Source of the DNA: Patescibacteria group bacterium
GTDB taxonomy: Bacteria; Patescibacteriota; JABMPQ01; JAQVVF01
Length of the DNA: 64,000 nt
Direction of reading: 5' to 3'
Assembly (NCBI GenBank): GCA_041662665.1
Contig: JBAZSC010000003.1
Coordinates: forward strand, 4,603 to 68,602
Shown here: piece after piece, positions 20,674 through 31,247 of the stretch
Layout of the letters: every line of letters begins with the position of its first letter
Numbering within the stretch: position 1 is the stretch's first letter
Position numbers and translations under genes: made by a program
The notes under the pieces: generated by a model
Told to the model about the DNA's origin: nothing
What the model saw: the letters and a program-made list of their open reading frames with translations, nothing else
Databases searched by the model: none

Positions 20674-21333
20674 ATGCAAAAACAATTATTGATATTATTT
20701 ATGGGACCATCTGGTTCTGGAAAAGGCACTCAAGCAAAAATGATTAGCAATGAATTTGGCTTTAATTATATTGAGATGGGCGGAATTTTGCGTTCAGAAG
20801 TAAAAAAACAGACTGATTTAGGCAAGGAAATTGATATAATTATTCATAAAGAAGGAAAATTGGTGCCTGATTTGATGGTTAAAGAGCTGATTAAAAAAGT
20901 ATTAATAGAAAATGATCATGAAAAAACGATTGTTTTAGATGGCTATCCAAGAACGAGCCAGCAAGTTTTTGATTTAGACGAAATTTTAAAAGCAATGGAT
21001 TTAAATAAAGAAATTGTTGTTTTTAATATTAAAATTTCTGATGAAGAGGCAATGAAAAGATTAACTCAAAGAAGGATTTGTGTAGGTTGTAAAAATGTTT
21101 TGCCTGCTGATTCAAAGGATTTAAATTGTCCAAAATGTGGTGGTAAATTAGAACATCGCAGCGATGATAATCCAGAAAAAATTCAAGAGAGATTAAAATG
21201 GGCTCATGAAAAAGTGGAGCCAGCAATTTTGGAATATAAGAAACGTGGAGTTTTGGAGGAAATTAATGGTGAGCGACCAATTGAGATTGTACATAAGGAT
21301 ATTGTTGGAAGGCTTAAAAATATATTATCATAG
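20674..21333 (+). CDS. adk: Adenylate kinase with zinc lid
   Basis: GPSGSGKGTQA, LDGYPR, CxxC...CPKC. Confidence 0.93.
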   Translation: MQKQLLILFMGPSGSGKGTQAKMISNEFGFNYIEMGGILRSEVKKQTDLGKEIDIIIHKEGKLVPDLMVKELIKKVLIENDHEKTIVLDGYPRTSQQVFDLDEILKAMDLNKEIVVFNIKISDEEAMKRLTQRRICVGCKNVLPADSKDLNCPKCGGKLEHRSDDNPEKIQERLKWAHEKVEPAILEYKKRGVLEEINGERPIEIVHKDIVGRLKNILS

Positions 21334-21371
21334 TTTTTAAAGTTATAAAGTTATAAAGTTTTTAAAGTACT

Positions 21372-22127
21372 ATGTCTAAAATCATTATAAAGACAGACGA
21401 AGAAATTGAAATAATTCATGAAGGTGGAAGAAAGCTGGCTCGAATTATGGAAATTTTGAAAGATGAAATATCAAGACCTGGATATCTTACAAAAGGATTG
21501 GATGCTAGAATAAATTTGCTGTGCGAAAAATTTGGCGCTAAACCTGCTTTTATGGGATATCGAGGTTATCCGGCAACTGTTTGTCTGTCTTTGAATGATG
21601 AAATTGTACATTGTCCTCCTGGCGACAGAATAATTAAAGAAGGAGATTTGGTTAGTTTAGATTTTGGGTTGAGATATAAGAATTTATATACTGATAGCGC
21701 AATTAGTTTTGGTGTTGGAAAGATGACGCCTTTGGCTGAAAAATTAATTAAAGTTACTGAAGCTTCATTATATAAAGGTATTGATCAAGTGCGTCCTGAT
21801 GGGCATATCGGAGATATTGGACAAGCAGTTTCGCGATATGCTGAAGCTAATGGATTTTCCGTTGTGCGTGATTTGACTGGTCATGGTGTAGGAAAGGAAG
21901 TTCATGAGCCTCCACAAATTTTAAATTATGGCAGAGAAGGTGTAGGACCAATTATGAAAAAAGGAATGGTTTTGGCAATTGAACCTATGGTCAATGTCGG
22001 TGATTGGAGAATAAAGCAAGGTGTTAATGGCTGGTCAATTATGACTGCTGATGGAGAGTTGTCAGCGCACTTTGAACATACTGTTGCTGTTACTGAGGAT
22101 GGATATGAGATTTTAACTCAGCAATAA
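21372..22127 (+). CDS. map: Methionine aminopeptidase type I
   Basis: GHGVG..VHE, AIEPM, SAHFEHT. Confidence 0.97.
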   Translation: MSKIIIKTDEEIEIIHEGGRKLARIMEILKDEISRPGYLTKGLDARINLLCEKFGAKPAFMGYRGYPATVCLSLNDEIVHCPPGDRIIKEGDLVSLDFGLRYKNLYTDSAISFGVGKMTPLAEKLIKVTEASLYKGIDQVRPDGHIGDIGQAVSRYAEANGFSVVRDLTGHGVGKEVHEPPQILNYGREGVGPIMKKGMVLAIEPMVNVGDWRIKQGVNGWSIMTADGELSAHFEHTVAVTEDGYEILTQQ

Positions 22128-22260
22128 TTTTCAATTTCTAATTTCTAATTTTTATTAAATTATTAATGAATTAATTTCTAAACATCGACGATAAAAATAG
22201 GTTTGAAAATTAATGCATTAGAAATTCAATAGAAATTAGAAATTTAAAATTAGAAATTTT
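22125..22260. repeat. Heptamer (AATTTCT) inverted-repeat element, about 135 bp
   Basis: Arms pair over about 55 nt; loop ACATCGACGATA. Confidence 0.85.
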
Positions 22261-22264
22261 AAGC

Positions 22265-22645
22265 ATGAATATTCTAGCAATAGATTTTGGCAGTAAACAC
22301 ATTGGTTTAGCAAAAGGTGATGATCAAAACAAAATAGCTTTGCCTTTTTTAAGTTTGGAAAATAATGGTTTAAATAAATTAATTAACGATTTAAAAGAAA
22401 TTGTTAAAAATGAAAATATAGAGGAGATTGTTGTTGGATTGCCATTAAATATGTCAGGACAAAAAACAGATCAAACTAAAAAGACTGAGTATTTTGCAGA
22501 AAGATTAGGTAAAGAAATTAATATCAAAATTATTCTTGAAGATGAAAGATTGACATCTTTTGGGGCTAAAAAATTAGGTAGTGATGTTGATGAGCATCAA
22601 TTGGCTGCAAGAGAGATTTTACAAGGATATTTGGATAAGAATTAG
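22265..22645 (+). CDS. ruvX: YqgF/RuvX family nuclease
   Basis: ILAIDFGSKHIGLA, VVGLPL, DERLTS, AAREILQGYLD. Confidence 0.92.
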   Translation: MNILAIDFGSKHIGLAKGDDQNKIALPFLSLENNGLNKLINDLKEIVKNENIEEIVVGLPLNMSGQKTDQTKKTEYFAERLGKEINIKIILEDERLTSFGAKKLGSDVDEHQLAAREILQGYLDKN

Positions 22646-22646
22646 T

Positions 22647-22698
22647 TTTTTGTGGATAATATTTTATTCTAGACATGGTATACTTAGGTTATCTAAAG
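22647..22698 (+). promoter_or_regulatory. Duplicated upstream cassette: DnaA-box-like TGTGGATAA plus extended -10 TGGTATACT
   Basis: Nearly identical to 45370-45420. Confidence 0.6.
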
Positions 22699-22717
22699 AT
22701 AGGATAATAAAACAAAA

Positions 22718-25708
22718 ATGTTTTCGAAACGAGCAGGAAAAAATCAAGATCGAATTCTTGAAAAAGTAGGTTTTTTTAGTATTTCAAAATGCAAGATTCT
22801 TTTGAGTCTTTTTTTTGTTTTGGGAGTTTGTTTGTTTATGACGGTAAGGGTAAATGCCGCTTCGACTACATATTATGTTGATGCAACAGGTGGATTAGAT
22901 ACAAATAATGGGACTTCAGTTAGTACACCATGGAAGACAATAACTAAAGTAAATACTTCAATGGATTCTGCCACAATAAAAGCTGGTGATTTTGTTTATT
23001 TTAAACGAGGCGAAACTTTTACAGGATATTTAGATGTTGATGTTACTGGGACTGCTGGAAATATTTTGACTTTTGGCGCTTATGGAGATGGAAATAAGCC
23101 AATTATTAATGCAACTGGTAATAATCGTGCTATTGATGCAAGAACCAATATGTCTTATATAACTTACCAAGATTTAACTGTACAGAATGGAACCACCGAT
23201 CAATTTTTTATCTATGATAGTGCTACAAATATTACTATCAATAATGTAACTATTTCTGGCGGAGCTACAGGTATAAATATTATTACTGGTACTTTTGCTG
23301 ATATCTCTATTACTTCTACTGAAATATCGAATTATACCGGAACAGGAATAGCATTATATAGTGTAACTGGCGGCGGAACAAATATTACCATTGATGGAGT
23401 AACTGAAAATTCAGGTACTGGAACAAGAGGAATCTACATTAGCGCAGGAACATGGAATGGCATTGACATCCTAAATTCAGTATTCAGCAACCATAGTGCA
23501 CAAGGCATACAAACCGCATCATCAGTTGTAAATGATCTGACGATAACTGATGTTACTGCTTCAAGTAATAACGGATATGGTGTGTACTTGGGAGGGAGTG
23601 GTTCAAATTATGATATACATGGTTTGACTGCCAACTCCAATGGCTCTACTGCAGACTATGACGGATTATATCTAAATACTTCATCCAGTTCTTTAAGTAA
23701 TATTACTATTGAAGAAAGCGAATTTAACAGCAATGATGGAAATGGATTAGCATTCGCCAGTACCGGAAGCACTAGCTCCGTTTTATCTACAAACGCTTCA
23801 AGCAATGATGGTGATGGATTTAATATTCATAATGCTTGGACTGATTTAACATTTAATAATTGTATTGCAAATTCTAATGGCCTAGTCGGCCAGTCAGGCG
23901 CAGGCGATGGTTTTTCTTTTCACGAAACAAGTACTGGTACTATTAGAAATAGTATTGCTCAAGATAATATGAAATCATCAGTTGCAAATGTAGGAAGTGC
24001 TCAGGTTGTAATGTATAATAATCTTTTTTCTCATACAACTAATGGTACTCTTGCTCTTGTTTATTTGTCAGAAACAGGAACATATTCGCTATATAATAAT
24101 ACTATTTATAGTGCAGGGCATATAGGGTCTGGTCTGAACGTTGTTGGACCGACTCTAGATGTAAAAAATAACATAATTTATGGTTTCGATATTGGGTTTC
24201 AGAAAACTTCTGGTACTATTACTGAGGATTATAACGATGTATATGGCGCAACTACAGCCAATTTCAGTGGTCTTACTCCAGGCACTCATTCTCTTCAGCT
24301 TGATCCAAAATTAAATAATCCGCCAACTGATTTTTCTCTTCAGTCAGATTCTCCTGCAATTGATTCTGCCTACGATACAAGTATCACCACAGATTATGCC
24401 GGCAAGCAAAGATACGATGATCCAGACGTAGCAAACACCGGAGCAGGAGCAGTACCATATTATGATATGGGAGCTTATGAATATGTTCTTCCACCAGATC
24501 CAATATTTACATCATCATCTCATCCATCGCAATCATCTTGGTATTCAAATACAACAGTCAATATGTCATTGTCATCTAATGGATCTTCAACTACTAATTA
24601 CTATTATCTTGTCAATCAAAATGCAACACCAACTAAAGCAGAAGTCTTAGCTGGTACATTTGATGCTGACGGTATTTTTACAGTAACAATTTCATCTGAT
24701 GGTCAATGGTATATTCATACCATAGCTGTTAATTTAGATAATGATCCGTCAACAAACTACAGCAGCTATTTAGTCCAAATTGACACAGTACCTCCATCAA
24801 TTCCAGGTACTCCTTCAACATCTTCGTTAACAAACAACAACAAGCCAGAATGGACATGGACAGCATCAACAGATGCAACTTCAGGACTAGGTGATCCAGC
24901 TTACAATGTACAATGGTGTGATAATTCAAGCTTTATTGGTTGTGATTTAAATATCTCAACTTCAACAACAAATTCTTTTACTCATTCAATTGCTTTGGCT
25001 GATGGCACTTGGTATTTCAGAGTTCAAGCTATTGATAAAGCTGGAAATACTTCTGATTGGTCAGCTTCAGGTACTGATACAATTTTGACAGTTATTCCTT
25101 TTAACGAAAAAATTAATCTTAAAGATGCAGTTTTAAATCAAACCTATCAAAGCCAACAAAACAATGTAGATCTTCTTTTTTATCTTCTGCCAAAACAGAA
25201 AACAATCAAAGATTTATACATCAAATTAATTAGAAACAAGAAAAAACATCTAAATGGTTTCACAAAGAAAAACAGCTATCCAGGATATCTCAAGCTATTA
25301 TCAAACATCGGCACAGTCAAAAAAGCCTATCAGAAAAATGTTAACAAACATATTAATTTCAGAGTTTCAGTAAGATATTCAAAAACAAAATTAAACAAGA
25401 CGAATATTAAAGAAAAGAATCTAAGACTATTTATTAAAGATCGAGATGGAATATGGCGAGGGCCATACCGAATTTATCAAAACAAAACAACTCATACTCT
25501 AAAATTTAAGATTAGAAACTATTTAGTTAGACAGCCGAAAAACCCAATTCCAAATCCTTTAGATGTTAAGACTAAAAACAGACCATTTGCTCCAACATTT
25601 TACTTTAGAACATTAAAAAAGATTAAATTCGTAATTGCTGAGAAGAATGCCTTATCTAATTTAACTAATTTGGAAACATCGGATAGCCAAGATTTCTTTT
25701 TTGAATAA
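22718..25708 (+). CDS. Secreted/surface protein: right-handed beta-helix, choice-of-anchor-Q-like segment, Ig/FN3-like domains, basic C-terminal domain
   Basis: Signal peptide; YYVDATGG.D.NNG..PWKTI; N/G/S/T-rich repeats; SPAIDSA...DMGAYEY; WYFRVQAIDKAGN. Confidence 0.85.
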   Translation: MFSKRAGKNQDRILEKVGFFSISKCKILLSLFFVLGVCLFMTVRVNAASTTYYVDATGGLDTNNGTSVSTPWKTITKVNTSMDSATIKAGDFVYFKRGETFTGYLDVDVTGTAGNILTFGAYGDGNKPIINATGNNRAIDARTNMSYITYQDLTVQNGTTDQFFIYDSATNITINNVTISGGATGINIITGTFADISITSTEISNYTGTGIALYSVTGGGTNITIDGVTENSGTGTRGIYISAGTWNGIDILNSVFSNHSAQGIQTASSVVNDLTITDVTASSNNGYGVYLGGSGSNYDIHGLTANSNGSTADYDGLYLNTSSSSLSNITIEESEFNSNDGNGLAFASTGSTSSVLSTNASSNDGDGFNIHNAWTDLTFNNCIANSNGLVGQSGAGDGFSFHETSTGTIRNSIAQDNMKSSVANVGSAQVVMYNNLFSHTTNGTLALVYLSETGTYSLYNNTIYSAGHIGSGLNVVGPTLDVKNNIIYGFDIGFQKTSGTITEDYNDVYGATTANFSGLTPGTHSLQLDPKLNNPPTDFSLQSDSPAIDSAYDTSITTDYAGKQRYDDPDVANTGAGAVPYYDMGAYEYVLPPDPIFTSSSHPSQSSWYSNTTVNMSLSSNGSSTTNYYYLVNQNATPTKAEVLAGTFDADGIFTVTISSDGQWYIHTIAVNLDNDPSTNYSSYLVQIDTVPPSIPGTPSTSSLTNNNKPEWTWTASTDATSGLGDPAYNVQWCDNSSFIGCDLNISTSTTNSFTHSIALADGTWYFRVQAIDKAGNTSDWSASGTDTILTVIPFNEKINLKDAVLNQTYQSQQNNVDLLFYLLPKQKTIKDLYIKLIRNKKKHLNGFTKKNSYPGYLKLLSNIGTVKKAYQKNVNKHINFRVSVRYSKTKLNKTNIKEKNLRLFIKDRDGIWRGPYRIYQNKTTHTLKFKIRNYLVRQPKNPIPNPLDVKTKNRPFAPTFYFRTLKKIKFVIAEKNALSNLTNLETSDSQDFFFE

Positions 25709-25721
25709 TAATTATATTAAC

Positions 25722-25753
25722 AAAGCCCCTCTTGTATTTATTTGGGGCTTTTT
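25722..25753 (+). terminator. Rho-independent terminator
   Basis: AAAGCCCC/GGGGCTTT stem then T run. Confidence 0.7.
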
Positions 25754-25892
25754 GTTTTTTTGATAAAAGTTTGTTATAATATGGCGTAGAAGCGGATTAA
25801 ACGCTGATACTAACGCTGATTCGAACGCTGAAATGAGAATTTGAGATGTAGATCTTTAATTGTTGATAATTTTTATATTTTTTTTAATGATC

Positions 25893-26624
25893 ATGAAACT
25901 TTCAGTAGTAATTCCGGCATACAATGAAGAAAAAAGAATAACAAAAACTTTAGAATCAGTTAATGAATATCTGACAAAACAGGATTTTGATTATGAGATT
26001 TTAGTTGTTGCTAATAATTGTACAGATAATACTGATAAAGTTGTTTTGGATTTGAAAAATAAAATCAAAAATTTAGAATTAATGGATATAGGCGCTGGAA
26101 TACCTGGGAAAGGTGGAGCAGTAAAAGTTGGTTTTTTGAAGGCACAAGGCGAGTACATTATGTTTATGGATGCGGATAATGCAACAAAAATTAATGAATT
26201 AGATCATTTTTGGAATTATTTTGATGAAGGTTATGATATTGTAATTGGTTCGCGTGATACTAAAGGATCAAAAGTTGTTGTTTCTCAAGCTTGGTACAAA
26301 GAATTAGCTGGAAAAATAGGTAATTTATTAATTCAAATTGTGGCCTTACCTGGAATTCATGATACTCAATGTGGATTTAAAATTTTTAAACAAAAAGTTG
26401 TAAAAGACGTTTTTCCAATACAAAAATTAGGTGGATGGGGATTTGATATTGAAATTTTAGCTTTAGCAAAGAAATTTGGTTATAAAATAAAAGAAGAACC
26501 TATTACTTGGTTTAATGCTGTTGGTAGTAAAGTAAGTATGGGTGATTATCTACATGTTTTTTCTGATTTATTTAAAGTTAGGTGGTGGTTGTGGACTGGA
26601 GTTTATAAAGTTAAAAAGTTATAA
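25893..26624 (+). CDS. Family 2 glycosyltransferase (polyprenol-phosphate glycosyltransferase-like)
   Basis: LSVVIPAYNEE, GKGGAV, FMDAD, DTQCGFK, FDIE. Confidence 0.92.
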   Translation: MKLSVVIPAYNEEKRITKTLESVNEYLTKQDFDYEILVVANNCTDNTDKVVLDLKNKIKNLELMDIGAGIPGKGGAVKVGFLKAQGEYIMFMDADNATKINELDHFWNYFDEGYDIVIGSRDTKGSKVVVSQAWYKELAGKIGNLLIQIVALPGIHDTQCGFKIFKQKVVKDVFPIQKLGGWGFDIEILALAKKFGYKIKEEPITWFNAVGSKVSMGDYLHVFSDLFKVRWWLWTGVYKVKKL

Positions 26625-26642
26625 AGTTCATAAAGTATTGCT

Positions 26643-27107
26643 ATGTTTCAAAGTTTTTCGCTGATGATTAAGGCGATTCTTATATCAATAGTTGGTGATA
26701 TTAAGATCGTTGTTCCTTTTTTTGCAGCACAAGGACAAATAGCTTGGTGGCAAGTATTATTCGCTTCTGTACTTGGTAATTCTATTTCTGCGATATTTTT
26801 GTTGACATTATTAGTTTTGCTGTCTGATTTTTTGAGACGTAAATTTTCTTTTTGGGATAAATTCTTTACAAACCTTTTTGAAAAAACAAAATTAAAACAT
26901 AAGAAAAATTTTGAAAAATGGGGCGTGTTAGCAGTTCTTTTAGCTGCAGCAATTCCTTTGCCTGGTTTTGGTGGATGGACTGCTGCTATTGTTTCATTTG
27001 TTTTTGGAATTAAATTTAAAAAAGCGGTATTGTTTATTATTTTAGGAATATTTTTGGAAGCTGTTATTATGACTCTTTTGAGTTTTGGGATTAAGAATAT
27101 ATTCTAG
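26643..27107 (+). CDS. Small membrane protein (putative small multidrug export / COG2426-like)
   Basis: AIPLPGFGGWT motif; hydrophobic helices. Confidence 0.7.
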   Translation: MFQSFSLMIKAILISIVGDIKIVVPFFAAQGQIAWWQVLFASVLGNSISAIFLLTLLVLLSDFLRRKFSFWDKFFTNLFEKTKLKHKKNFEKWGVLAVLLAAAIPLPGFGGWTAAIVSFVFGIKFKKAVLFIILGIFLEAVIMTLLSFGIKNIF

Positions 27108-27225
27108 GTTTTGTGTGTTTAGATGTTTGTTAAGTTTAATTAGATTTTATTGTTTTAATAAGTTTTAACGCGGAAAAACGCAGAACTTAACGCGGAAAAT
27201 GCGGAATCGTAATAAATAATAATAT

Positions 27226-27987
27226 ATGCGAAATAAATTAATAGTTGGTAATTGGAAAATGAATTTGACTTTGGAGGAAGCTCGAAGGCTGACTTTGGAT
27301 ATTCGTCAAGGATTAACAAATTTGAGCGAAAAAGTTGAAGTTGCAGTTTGTCCATCATTTGTTCATTTAGCTAACGTTCATTATCAATTGCCATCAAGTA
27401 TAAAATTAGGATCGCAAAATGTTTTTTGGAAAAGTAATGGAGCATATACTGGCGAGATTTCTTGCGATCAACTTTTAGATTTGGGTTGTTCATATGTTAT
27501 TGTTGGTCATTCTGAAAGAAGAAAAAATTTAAGAGAAACTGATGATATGGTTAATGACAAAGTTTTAGAATGCATGCAAAAAGGATTAAAACCAATTATT
27601 TGTGTTGGTGAAACAAATGACGAAAAAGAAAAAAATATGACAGAAGAAAAAGTGACTCAACAAGTTGAATTAGCATTAGAAGGTGTGAAAAGCAAAGATG
27701 TTATAAATATTACAATTGCATATGAACCGATTTGGGCGATTGGTAATTCTAATCCAGCAGAGCCATCTGATGCACAAGCTGTAATTTCAAGAATAAGAGA
27801 TATCTTGAAAAATAATTATTCAGAAAAAGAATCAGAAATGATAAAAATTTTGTATGGAGGAAGTGTGAATCCACAAAATATTGCATCTTTTGTTTTGGAA
27901 AAAGATATTGATGGTGCTTTGGTTGGAGGAGCAAGTATCAAAGCAAATGAATTTGTGGGTATAGTCAAGCAAGTTTTAAAAATATAA
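27226..27987 (+). CDS. tpiA: Triosephosphate isomerase
   Basis: GNWKMN, GHSERR, AYEPIWAIG, YGGSV. Confidence 0.98.
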   Translation: MRNKLIVGNWKMNLTLEEARRLTLDIRQGLTNLSEKVEVAVCPSFVHLANVHYQLPSSIKLGSQNVFWKSNGAYTGEISCDQLLDLGCSYVIVGHSERRKNLRETDDMVNDKVLECMQKGLKPIICVGETNDEKEKNMTEEKVTQQVELALEGVKSKDVINITIAYEPIWAIGNSNPAEPSDAQAVISRIRDILKNNYSEKESEMIKILYGGSVNPQNIASFVLEKDIDGALVGGASIKANEFVGIVKQVLKI

Positions 27988-27990
27988 TAA

Positions 27991-28108
27991 CTAATAACCA
28001 AATCCCAAATTCCAAACAAATCCCAAATTACAAATTACAAAAATGACGATAGCTTGTAATTTGTGTTTTGTGGATTGTAATTTGTTTGGAATTTGGAGTT
28101 TGTAATTT
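27991..28108. repeat. Heptamer (CAAATTM) inverted-repeat element
   Basis: Related copies at 38303-38424 and 59790-59900. Confidence 0.85.
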
Positions 28109-28110
28109 TT

Positions 28111-28950
28111 ATGTTAATTTCATCTCAGATCTTATTAAAAAAAGCCCAACAAGAGCATTATGCTGTTGGTGCTTTTAATACTTCAGATTTAGAAATTACA
28201 AAAGGAATTGTGAGCGCTTCTGAAGAGATGAATTCGCCAATTATTTTACAAACTTCTGAGGGAGAAATTGTGCATTCTGGCAAAGATATTTTTTTTAATG
28301 CAATGAAAATTTTTGCAGAAAAATCTAAAACTCCAATTAATTTAAATTTAGATCATGGAAAAAGTTTTGAAATGTGCAAATGGGCAGTTGATATTGGCTA
28401 TAATTCTGTAATGATTGATGGTTCAAAATTATCTTTAGACGAAAATATTAAATTAACAAAACAAGTAGTCGATTATGCTCATGAAAGAAGCGTTGTTGTT
28501 GAAGGCGAAATTGGTCTTGTGCCAACACCTGATAAAGGCGAAGAAGTAAAAATCTTAAAAGCTGATCCAAATGAATGTAAAAAATTTGTTGAAGAAACTG
28601 GTTTGGATTTTTTGGCTGTTGGGATTGGCAACGTGCATGGTGAGAACAAAGGAAAGCCAATTTTGGATTTTGAAAGATTAAGTGAAATTTGTAAAGTTGT
28701 TAGTATTCCTTTGGTTTTACATGGTGGTTCAGGAATTTCTGATTTGGATATTAAAAAAGCAATAAGTATGGGAATTTGTAAAATTAATGTTAATACTGAA
28801 CTCCGGCAAGCATTTGTAAAATCTTTGCGTGAATCTTTGGAAGATGAGGACGTGATCAAGCCTTATGATATTATGGAGCCAGTGGAAGATGTGATCAAAA
28901 AGGTTGTTGAGAAGAAGATCGAGATTTTTGGATCTAAAAATAAGATATAA
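28111..28950 (+). CDS. fba: Class II fructose-bisphosphate aldolase
   Basis: YAVGAFN, LDHG, SVMIDGS, GNVHG, LVLHGGSG, KINVNTE. Confidence 0.95.
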   Translation: MLISSQILLKKAQQEHYAVGAFNTSDLEITKGIVSASEEMNSPIILQTSEGEIVHSGKDIFFNAMKIFAEKSKTPINLNLDHGKSFEMCKWAVDIGYNSVMIDGSKLSLDENIKLTKQVVDYAHERSVVVEGEIGLVPTPDKGEEVKILKADPNECKKFVEETGLDFLAVGIGNVHGENKGKPILDFERLSEICKVVSIPLVLHGGSGISDLDIKKAISMGICKINVNTELRQAFVKSLRESLEDEDVIKPYDIMEPVEDVIKKVVEKKIEIFGSKNKI

Positions 28951-28971
28951 AATTGCTCAAATAAAGTTAGT

Positions 28972-29976
28972 ATGTCTAAAACAAAATTTTTAGAATTAAT
29001 CAATTTTTTACAAAAAAACCATAAAGTTTATGGGCCTGTTTTGGATCTGGCAAGCAGATTATTAGTTCGCGAAATAAAAAATCCAGAAGATTTGGTTTTG
29101 AATGGCAGATTGACGCATTATTCTTTTAAAAATTTCTTTTTACCAGCTTGTGAATCTTTGTTTGATTATGATCATCAAAAATTAAAAGAGACAAATTATA
29201 GTTATAAAAAACAAGCAATTGTTGGAATGACAATATCTGATTTAAAAGCATTAGAATTGTATGATCAGGTTTTTGCTAAAGATCCATATTATCAAGAAAG
29301 AAGAAGACAGACTCTGGTGATTGGATATGGTTTGGCGGGCGAAAAAAGTTATTCAGAAGAATTAATTTATGAACAAAAATTTGAGGAAGATATATTAGAA
29401 CATGTTAAATTTGATGTCTTTCTCGAATTAGAATCTAATACGACTAATAAAATCTCTAATGACTTTTGTCACGTTTTTGCTGGATCTGTTGAAGGACAGA
29501 AAGTTTTGGATGGTTTTGGATATAAAGATTATAAAAATATAAAATATGTTGGGCCTATTAAGGAGAACGGTTTAGATAAGACAATGGTCGCTGTTTTTAA
29601 CAAGATGAAAAAGGGTTATGCAAAAAAGATTTGGGAAGATATTGGAAAAAGATGTATAGAATGCGGACAATGCACTTTGGTTTGTCCGACTTGCTATTGT
29701 TTCAGAATTGATGACGAACCAAGTTTAGATAAAGGTAAAGGTAAAAGAATAAGATGTTGGGATGCATGCATGTATCATGAATTTTCAGAAATTTCTGGTA
29801 AGACTAGATTATTGAAAAATACTGAACAGAGAATGTGGTTTTGGTTTTATCATAAATTTGTGAGAATCCCATTCAAATATAAAATACCAGGATGCGTGAA
29901 ATGTGGGCGATGTTCAAGAGTTTGTCCGGTCGATATTGATTTTATGAAGGTTTTGCAGGATGTATTAAAGAGTTAA
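28972..29976 (+). CDS. Group 3b-like hydrogenase beta (Fe-S) subunit
   Basis: CIECGQCTLVCPTCYCF and CVKCGRCSRVCP 4Fe-4S motifs; RxWDAC; context. Confidence 0.88.
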   Translation: MSKTKFLELINFLQKNHKVYGPVLDLASRLLVREIKNPEDLVLNGRLTHYSFKNFFLPACESLFDYDHQKLKETNYSYKKQAIVGMTISDLKALELYDQVFAKDPYYQERRRQTLVIGYGLAGEKSYSEELIYEQKFEEDILEHVKFDVFLELESNTTNKISNDFCHVFAGSVEGQKVLDGFGYKDYKNIKYVGPIKENGLDKTMVAVFNKMKKGYAKKIWEDIGKRCIECGQCTLVCPTCYCFRIDDEPSLDKGKGKRIRCWDACMYHEFSEISGKTRLLKNTEQRMWFWFYHKFVRIPFKYKIPGCVKCGRCSRVCPVDIDFMKVLQDVLKS

Positions 29977-29995
29977 TCGTTGATTTATAAAATGC

Positions 29996-30086
29996 TTGTA
30001 ACCACAAAGGCACAGAAAATTTTAAGACACAAAAAATGTTAAATTTATTTAGTGTCTTCGTAGATTTTGTGTTTTAGTGGTTGCAA
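29996..30086. repeat. AACCACAAA/ACACAAA hairpin element
   Basis: TTGTAACCACAAAGGCACAGAAAA ... TTTTGTGTTTTAGTGGTTGCAA. Confidence 0.75.
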
Positions 30087-30100
30087 TGGTTATATCAATT

Positions 30101-30943
30101 ATGCTAAATTCGTATAAAACAAAACTTGTAATTATAAAAAGAGTAATTAAAGAATCTTCTGATGTAAAAAGATTTGTTTTAGAATTTGAAAATAAAGTCG
30201 ATCAAGAAAATTTTGATTTTATTCCAGGACAATTTATTAAAGTCTCAGTTCCTGGATTATGCGATGCGCCGTTTACTTTTGGAACAAGCCCAAAAAACAA
30301 AGAAAATTTTGAAATTGCTGTACGAGGAGTCGGAAATTTAACTAATTTTTTGAATCGAATGCAAGTTGGTCAGAAATTAGGAATTAGAGGGCCGTATGGG
30401 AATGGATTTCCAATGGATATAATTAAAAAAAGAAATGTTTTGATTGTTTCTGGAGGTTGCGGATTTGTGCCTTTTAAATCAATTATTGAAGATTATTTAA
30501 TAGATAAAAAAAATTATCAAAGTAAATTCCAGATTTTTTATGGAGCAAGATCTTTTGATGATTTATTATTTAGAGATGATTTTGAAAAATGGGAAAATAA
30601 TGAAATTGAATTGAAATTAATGGTTGACAAGGGAGGCGATGCGATGTGCAAGGATTCGAAGTATAAATGCAATGTTGGTTTAGTGACAGATTTGATTAAA
30701 AATGAAAAATTGGTAGAAAAGCCAGTCGTTTTAGTATGTGGTCCACCAATTATGGTTAAGTTTGTGGTTATGGAATTAGATAAATTATCTATTCCTCATT
30801 CTGATATTTTTGTTTCGTTAGAGCGAAGAATGGAATGCGGAGTTGGAATTTGCGAGCATTGTGCAATCGGTCCTTATTATGTTTGTAAAGATGGACCAGT
30901 GTTTAGTTGGGATAAAATTGAATGGATTCCGGGAGTCGTGTAA
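30101..30943 (+). CDS. Group 3b-like hydrogenase gamma (FAD/NAD(P), 2Fe-2S) subunit
   Basis: PGQF, RGPYGNGF, GGCG, CGPPIM, ERRMECGVGICEHC...CKDGP. Confidence 0.9.
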   Translation: MLNSYKTKLVIIKRVIKESSDVKRFVLEFENKVDQENFDFIPGQFIKVSVPGLCDAPFTFGTSPKNKENFEIAVRGVGNLTNFLNRMQVGQKLGIRGPYGNGFPMDIIKKRNVLIVSGGCGFVPFKSIIEDYLIDKKNYQSKFQIFYGARSFDDLLFRDDFEKWENNEIELKLMVDKGGDAMCKDSKYKCNVGLVTDLIKNEKLVEKPVVLVCGPPIMVKFVVMELDKLSIPHSDIFVSLERRMECGVGICEHCAIGPYYVCKDGPVFSWDKIEWIPGVV

Positions 30944-31031
30944 AATTAGTAAAATTTATAAAATTAATAAAGCGAGTAATATTTATAAATTCGAAAATTA
31001 AGAAATTGAATATTATTTTAAATTTTTTAGC

Positions 31032-31247
31032 ATGTGCTTAGCGATTCCTGGAAAAATTGTTGATATAAATAAGGATGGATATTTGATTGATTATGAATCA
31101 AAGAAAGTTCAGGTTGCCAATTCTTTAATAAATAATGTAAAATTAGGTGATTGGGTAATTGTGCAAAATAGGTTTATAATTAATAGATTAGATATTCAAG
31201 ATAATGATTTGTTCTTTTCAAATCTCAAAGTAAAGGAGGAAAAGTGA
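31032..31247 (+). CDS. hypC: Hydrogenase maturation chaperone HypC
   Basis: MCLAIPGKI, GDWVIV. Confidence 0.85.
   Translation: MCLAIPGKIVDINKDGYLIDYESKKVQVANSLINNVKLGDWVIVQNRFIINRLDIQDNDLFFSNLKVKEEK

Noticed and set aside
22651-22659. Replication origin at the DnaA box
   Set aside because: Isolated boxes, no cluster, no dnaA and no switch in gene orientation
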